Assembly: GCA_017507805.1 (NCBI GenBank)
Contig: JAFWAC010000001.1
Location: 23,695-87,694, forward strand
DNA: 64,000 bases
Reading direction: 5' to 3'
DNA from: Clostridia bacterium
GTDB lineage: Bacteria; Bacillota; Clostridia; Oscillospirales; Acutalibacteraceae
A program made the translations under genes and the position numbers. The notes beneath the pieces were generated by a model. The model made no database searches. It had not been told where the DNA came from and saw only the letters and a program-made list of their open reading frames with translations. Shown piece after piece: positions 60,930 to 64,000 of this stretch. How positions within the stretch are numbered: the first letter of the stretch is position 1; each line of letters opens with the position of its first letter.

Positions 60930-62509
60930 AATTAAAAAAATTTTTTGCTTGTTTTTTGGCGGTGGCTTTAAGCCTTGGTATTGTTGCCTGCCGTAAAATG
61001 CCGGGTGAGACCTCCTCCTCGTTGAACGGGGGCGGCGAAGCCGGAAAGGAAAAGGATACGGTCACACTTATCTATTCCGCGGCTGATACCTTTAATCCCT
61101 ATACCGTTAAAACAGACACAAACCGTCAGCTTTGCAAGCTTTTATATGAGCCGCTTGTCAAGCTTGATAATGAATTTAATCCCGTTTATGCGGTGGCGCA
61201 GTCGGTTGAAACCAAGGGACTGACCTGCACCGTTACACTGAAGGACATTGTTTTTTCGGACGGCTCAGCCCTCACGGCAGACGATGTGGTTTATTCGGCA
61301 AAGCTGGCGCTCGGCTCTGAGACCTCCTATGCCGCCAAGCTTTACGAGGTTAAGTCGGTTAAGGCGAGCAATGCCAAAACGGTTGTATTCAGTCTGAAAA
61401 AGGCAGACCCTTATTTTGTCAATATTCTTGATTTCCCGATAATTAAGGCAAAAAGCGAAACGGTTACCGATTCGGACAGTGTTTTGCAGCCTCCTGTCGG
61501 AAGCGGCAGATACAAGGTCTCTGCTGACCGACAGTATTTGGAGCAAAACGGTATGTATTACGGTGAGACGGGGAATATTAAAAGGGTAAGGCTGATAAAC
61601 GCGCCCGACACCGAGTCGGTTTCGCATTATGTTGAAATTGGCGCCGCCGATATATATTACAGTGATATGGCAGACGGCAAAATCATAAGAATGAGCGGCA
61701 GTAAGCTTAATATAAATCTCAACAATATGGTATATATAGGTGTTAATAAAAATTACGGCGAATTGGAGCAAAATGCTCTGCGTCAGGCGATTTCTGCCGG
61801 TATTGACAGAGAGAAAATCTGCCGGAATGCCTATTACAACAATGCTCTGCCCGCAACAGGCTTTTTCAGCCCCGTCTGGGAGCCGACTAAGGCGGTGCAA
61901 AATTTACAAATTAACGCAAATAAAGAAATAACAGTTGAGAATTTGGATAAAATAGGATATAATAGATTAGATGGAAGCGGAAAGCGCACTAACGCAAGGG
62001 GCAGACAGCTCAGGTTTTCCCTGCTTGTCAATTCCGAAAACCGCATCAGGGCGGCGGCGGCACAGCTTATTGCCGAGCAGCTTTCGGAGTACGGGATAAC
62101 CGTAACGGTGGTCGAGAAAAGGTATGCCGATTACATCAAGGCTTTGAACGAGGGTGATTTCCAGCTTTTCCTCGGTGAGATAAGGCTTACCGAGAATATG
62201 GATATTTCCCCCTTGGTTCTGGAGGACGGCGCCGCGGCTTACGGACTTAAAAAGCCCGATAAGGACAAAAAAACGGATAAGGCTGAGGCCGAAGCCGAGC
62301 TTTTAAATAAATCCGCCGTTGTCACAAAGGGGCTTTATGAGGGGAAAAATACCGTTGCCGATGTAGCATCGGTTTTGCAGACCGAAATGCCCTTTATTCC
62401 GGTTTGCTATCGCACAGGAGTGCTTTTTTACAGTGATAATATCGAAAATGTAAATAATTCATCTGCGAGTGATATTTATTTTTCGATTGAATCATATATC
62501 TTAGGGTAG
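60926..62509 (+). CDS. ABC transporter substrate-binding lipoprotein (family 5, peptide/nickel type)
   Basis: 527 aa. Lipobox LGIVAC. SBP_bac_5-like layout. ATGA overlap with the ymdB stop. No permease or ATPase genes adjacent. Confidence 0.85.
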   Translation: MKLKKFFACFLAVALSLGIVACRKMPGETSSSLNGGGEAGKEKDTVTLIYSAADTFNPYTVKTDTNRQLCKLLYEPLVKLDNEFNPVYAVAQSVETKGLTCTVTLKDIVFSDGSALTADDVVYSAKLALGSETSYAAKLYEVKSVKASNAKTVVFSLKKADPYFVNILDFPIIKAKSETVTDSDSVLQPPVGSGRYKVSADRQYLEQNGMYYGETGNIKRVRLINAPDTESVSHYVEIGAADIYYSDMADGKIIRMSGSKLNINLNNMVYIGVNKNYGELEQNALRQAISAGIDREKICRNAYYNNALPATGFFSPVWEPTKAVQNLQINANKEITVENLDKIGYNRLDGSGKRTNARGRQLRFSLLVNSENRIRAAAAQLIAEQLSEYGITVTVVEKRYADYIKALNEGDFQLFLGEIRLTENMDISPLVLEDGAAAYGLKKPDKDKKTDKAEAEAELLNKSAVVTKGLYEGKNTVADVASVLQTEMPFIPVCYRTGVLFYSDNIENVNNSSASDIYFSIESYILG

Positions 62510-62530
62510 AGCAAAATAGGAGGATATTTT

Positions 62531-62881
62531 ATGATAGCTTATGAAACCAGATTGGGTAAAATAGACATCTCGGAAGCTTATCTTTCTAAGCTTATCGGTC
62601 ACGAGGTAACATCCTGCTTCGGTGTTGTGGGAATGGTTCCCAGCAATAACAGGCAGCGCATTTTCAGCAAGCTTTATAAGAATGACCCGATTGATACCGG
62701 TATAAAGGTTATCGGCAATACAGACAGTATAATTGTAGAGCTTCATATTGTTGTTACCTACGGAATGAATATAAATGCCATTGCGGCAAGCATTACCGAA
62801 AAGGTTAAGTACATTGTAAAAGAAGCAACCGGCATCACTGTCGAAAAGGTTATCGTTAAAATAGATGGTATCAAGGAATAA
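62531..62881 (+). CDS. Asp23/Gls24-family envelope stress protein
   Basis: 116 aa. Asp23 family. Conserved yloU-yloV-like synteny with the next gene. Confidence 0.9.
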   Translation: MIAYETRLGKIDISEAYLSKLIGHEVTSCFGVVGMVPSNNRQRIFSKLYKNDPIDTGIKVIGNTDSIIVELHIVVTYGMNINAIAASITEKVKYIVKEATGITVEKVIVKIDGIKE

Positions 62882-62945
62882 AACAAAAAACAGTGCAAAC
62901 CGTCAAAGATAATCAGGCTTTGATGTTTTAAGGAGTGTTTATATT

Positions 62946-64000
62946 TTGATAAACGGCGATATATTAAGAGACGCGCTGATTTCAGCAGCAAACAATCTTG
63001 CAAATAACCGCAAGCAGTGTGACGATTTAAACATATTCCCCGTGCCTGACGGTGATACGGGTACAAATATGTCTATGACCTTGGCAAACTCTGCCCGCGA
63101 GCTTGAGAAGCTGAGTGGTGCCACTGCAGGCAAGGTTGCGGCAGTCAATGCTTCGGCATTACTGCGCGGCGCAAGAGGAAATTCGGGTGTTATCACATCT
63201 CTGCTTTTCCGCGGCTTTGCCAAGGGCATTGGTGACGGTGAATTTGTCACCGCAGAAAATCTGGCGGCAGCCTTTGAGCTTGGTGTTCAGGCGGCTTACA
63301 AGGCAGTTATGAAGCCTACCGAGGGTACAATTCTCACCGTTGCGCGCGTGGCTTCGGAATATGCAAGGGCGGCGTATGACAGCGGTAAGGACGAATTGGG
63401 CGTTTTCACCGCCGCAATCGAGGGTGCCGAAAAGGCTCTTGCCGAAACACCTGAGCTTCTGCCCGTGCTCAAAAAAGCAGGGGTTGTGGATGCAGGCGGC
63501 TTTGGCTTTGTGCTTATATTAAAGGGTATGCTTTCGGTAATGCAGGACGGTGTTATGATAAAATCGGCAAACGCTCCCGCGGCTGACGAGGAGGAAGAAG
63601 CCTCAAGAAATGCGGCAGGCGAGTTTGAGACCGAGATAACCTTTACCTACTGCACCGAGTTTATCGTAAACCGTGCCGAGGAATGTGAAAAGGAGCCGAG
63701 CGAGCTCAGGGCTTATCTTGAAACCATTGGTGACTGTGTGGTTGTGGTTGACGATGAGGAAATCATCAAGGTTCATGTTCACACCGACCATCCGGGTAAC
63801 GCAATCGAAAATGCCCTTACCTTTGGTGCCCTTGTTCACCTTAAGATAGAAAATATGCGCGACCAGCACGAGCGCGCAAAGCATGATGCCGAAAGGGCAA
63901 AGAAAACCCCTGCAAAGAGTGCTGACCGCACCGAAACTTTTACTCCCGTAGAGCCGACAAAGCCGGTAGGCTTCGTCTCGGTTTGCGCAGGTGACGGCCT
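62946..64000 (+). CDS. DAK2-domain protein (YloV-like), 5' partial view: runs off the window end
   Basis: TTG start after an AAGGAG RBS. FPVPDGDTGTNM and ARGNSGVI Dak2 motifs. The frame is open to the last base. Not in the ORF track because no stop lies within the window. Confidence 0.88.
   Translation, partial: MINGDILRDALISAANNLANNRKQCDDLNIFPVPDGDTGTNMSMTLANSARELEKLSGATAGKVAAVNASALLRGARGNSGVITSLLFRGFAKGIGDGEFVTAENLAAAFELGVQAAYKAVMKPTEGTILTVARVASEYARAAYDSGKDELGVFTAAIEGAEKALAETPELLPVLKKAGVVDAGGFGFVLILKGMLSVMQDGVMIKSANAPAADEEEEASRNAAGEFETEITFTYCTEFIVNRAEECEKEPSELRAYLETIGDCVVVVDDEEIIKVHVHTDHPGNAIENALTFGALVHLKIENMRDQHERAKHDAERAKKTPAKSADRTETFTPVEPTKPVGFVSVCAGDG

Overview
64-kb chromosomal window from a spore-forming Firmicute (Clostridia-like; roughly 45-50% GC by eye) that spans the replication origin. 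The core is housekeeping. Left to right: spoVAE, two parS sites, parA-parB, a SCIFF peptide (not in the ORF track) with its radical-SAM maturase, a PLP decarboxylase, and glmS behind a glmS ribozyme. Then cysK-tadA, gyrA-gyrB-remB-recF-yaaA-dnaN-dnaA (minus strand) with DnaA-box clusters, gpr-spoIIP, polC, and ispG-rseP-dxr-cdsA-uppS-frr-pyrH. Next come an Fe-ADH/KDPG-aldolase/M20 operon, a T-box-controlled Lrp + aminotransferase pair, SRP RNA, trmO, a DD-carboxypeptidase, TPM-LemA, sufC-sufB/D, rubrerythrin and an EF-G paralog. The window ends with iorAB-paaK-ACT plus an acyl-CoA ligase, a Na+/solute symporter, ymdB, a lone peptide-type SBP, asp23 and a partial DAK2 (yloV). No transposase, rRNA, tRNA or CRISPR array was seen. 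The intergenic DNA is unusual. Nearly every long intergenic region is filled with a mosaic of short repeats. These are a 16-nt terminal motif AAATTATAGTTTAGCG, GTAGGG...CCCTAC hairpin palindromes, a ~130-nt multi-hairpin palindrome (3 copies) and a ~210-nt leader repeat placed directly in front of two unrelated start codons. Three small SLOG-superfamily genes lie in or beside these repeat-rich regions. Two of them are in AT-rich islets, paired divergently with tiny ribbon-helix-helix regulators and perfect palindromic operators. Other leads are a candidate type I toxin/antisense-RNA locus beside glmS, a PolC that lacks the 3'-5' exonuclease domain, and an EF-G paralog with degenerate GTPase motifs. 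All calls come from manual reading of the sequence and translations. No database search was run.
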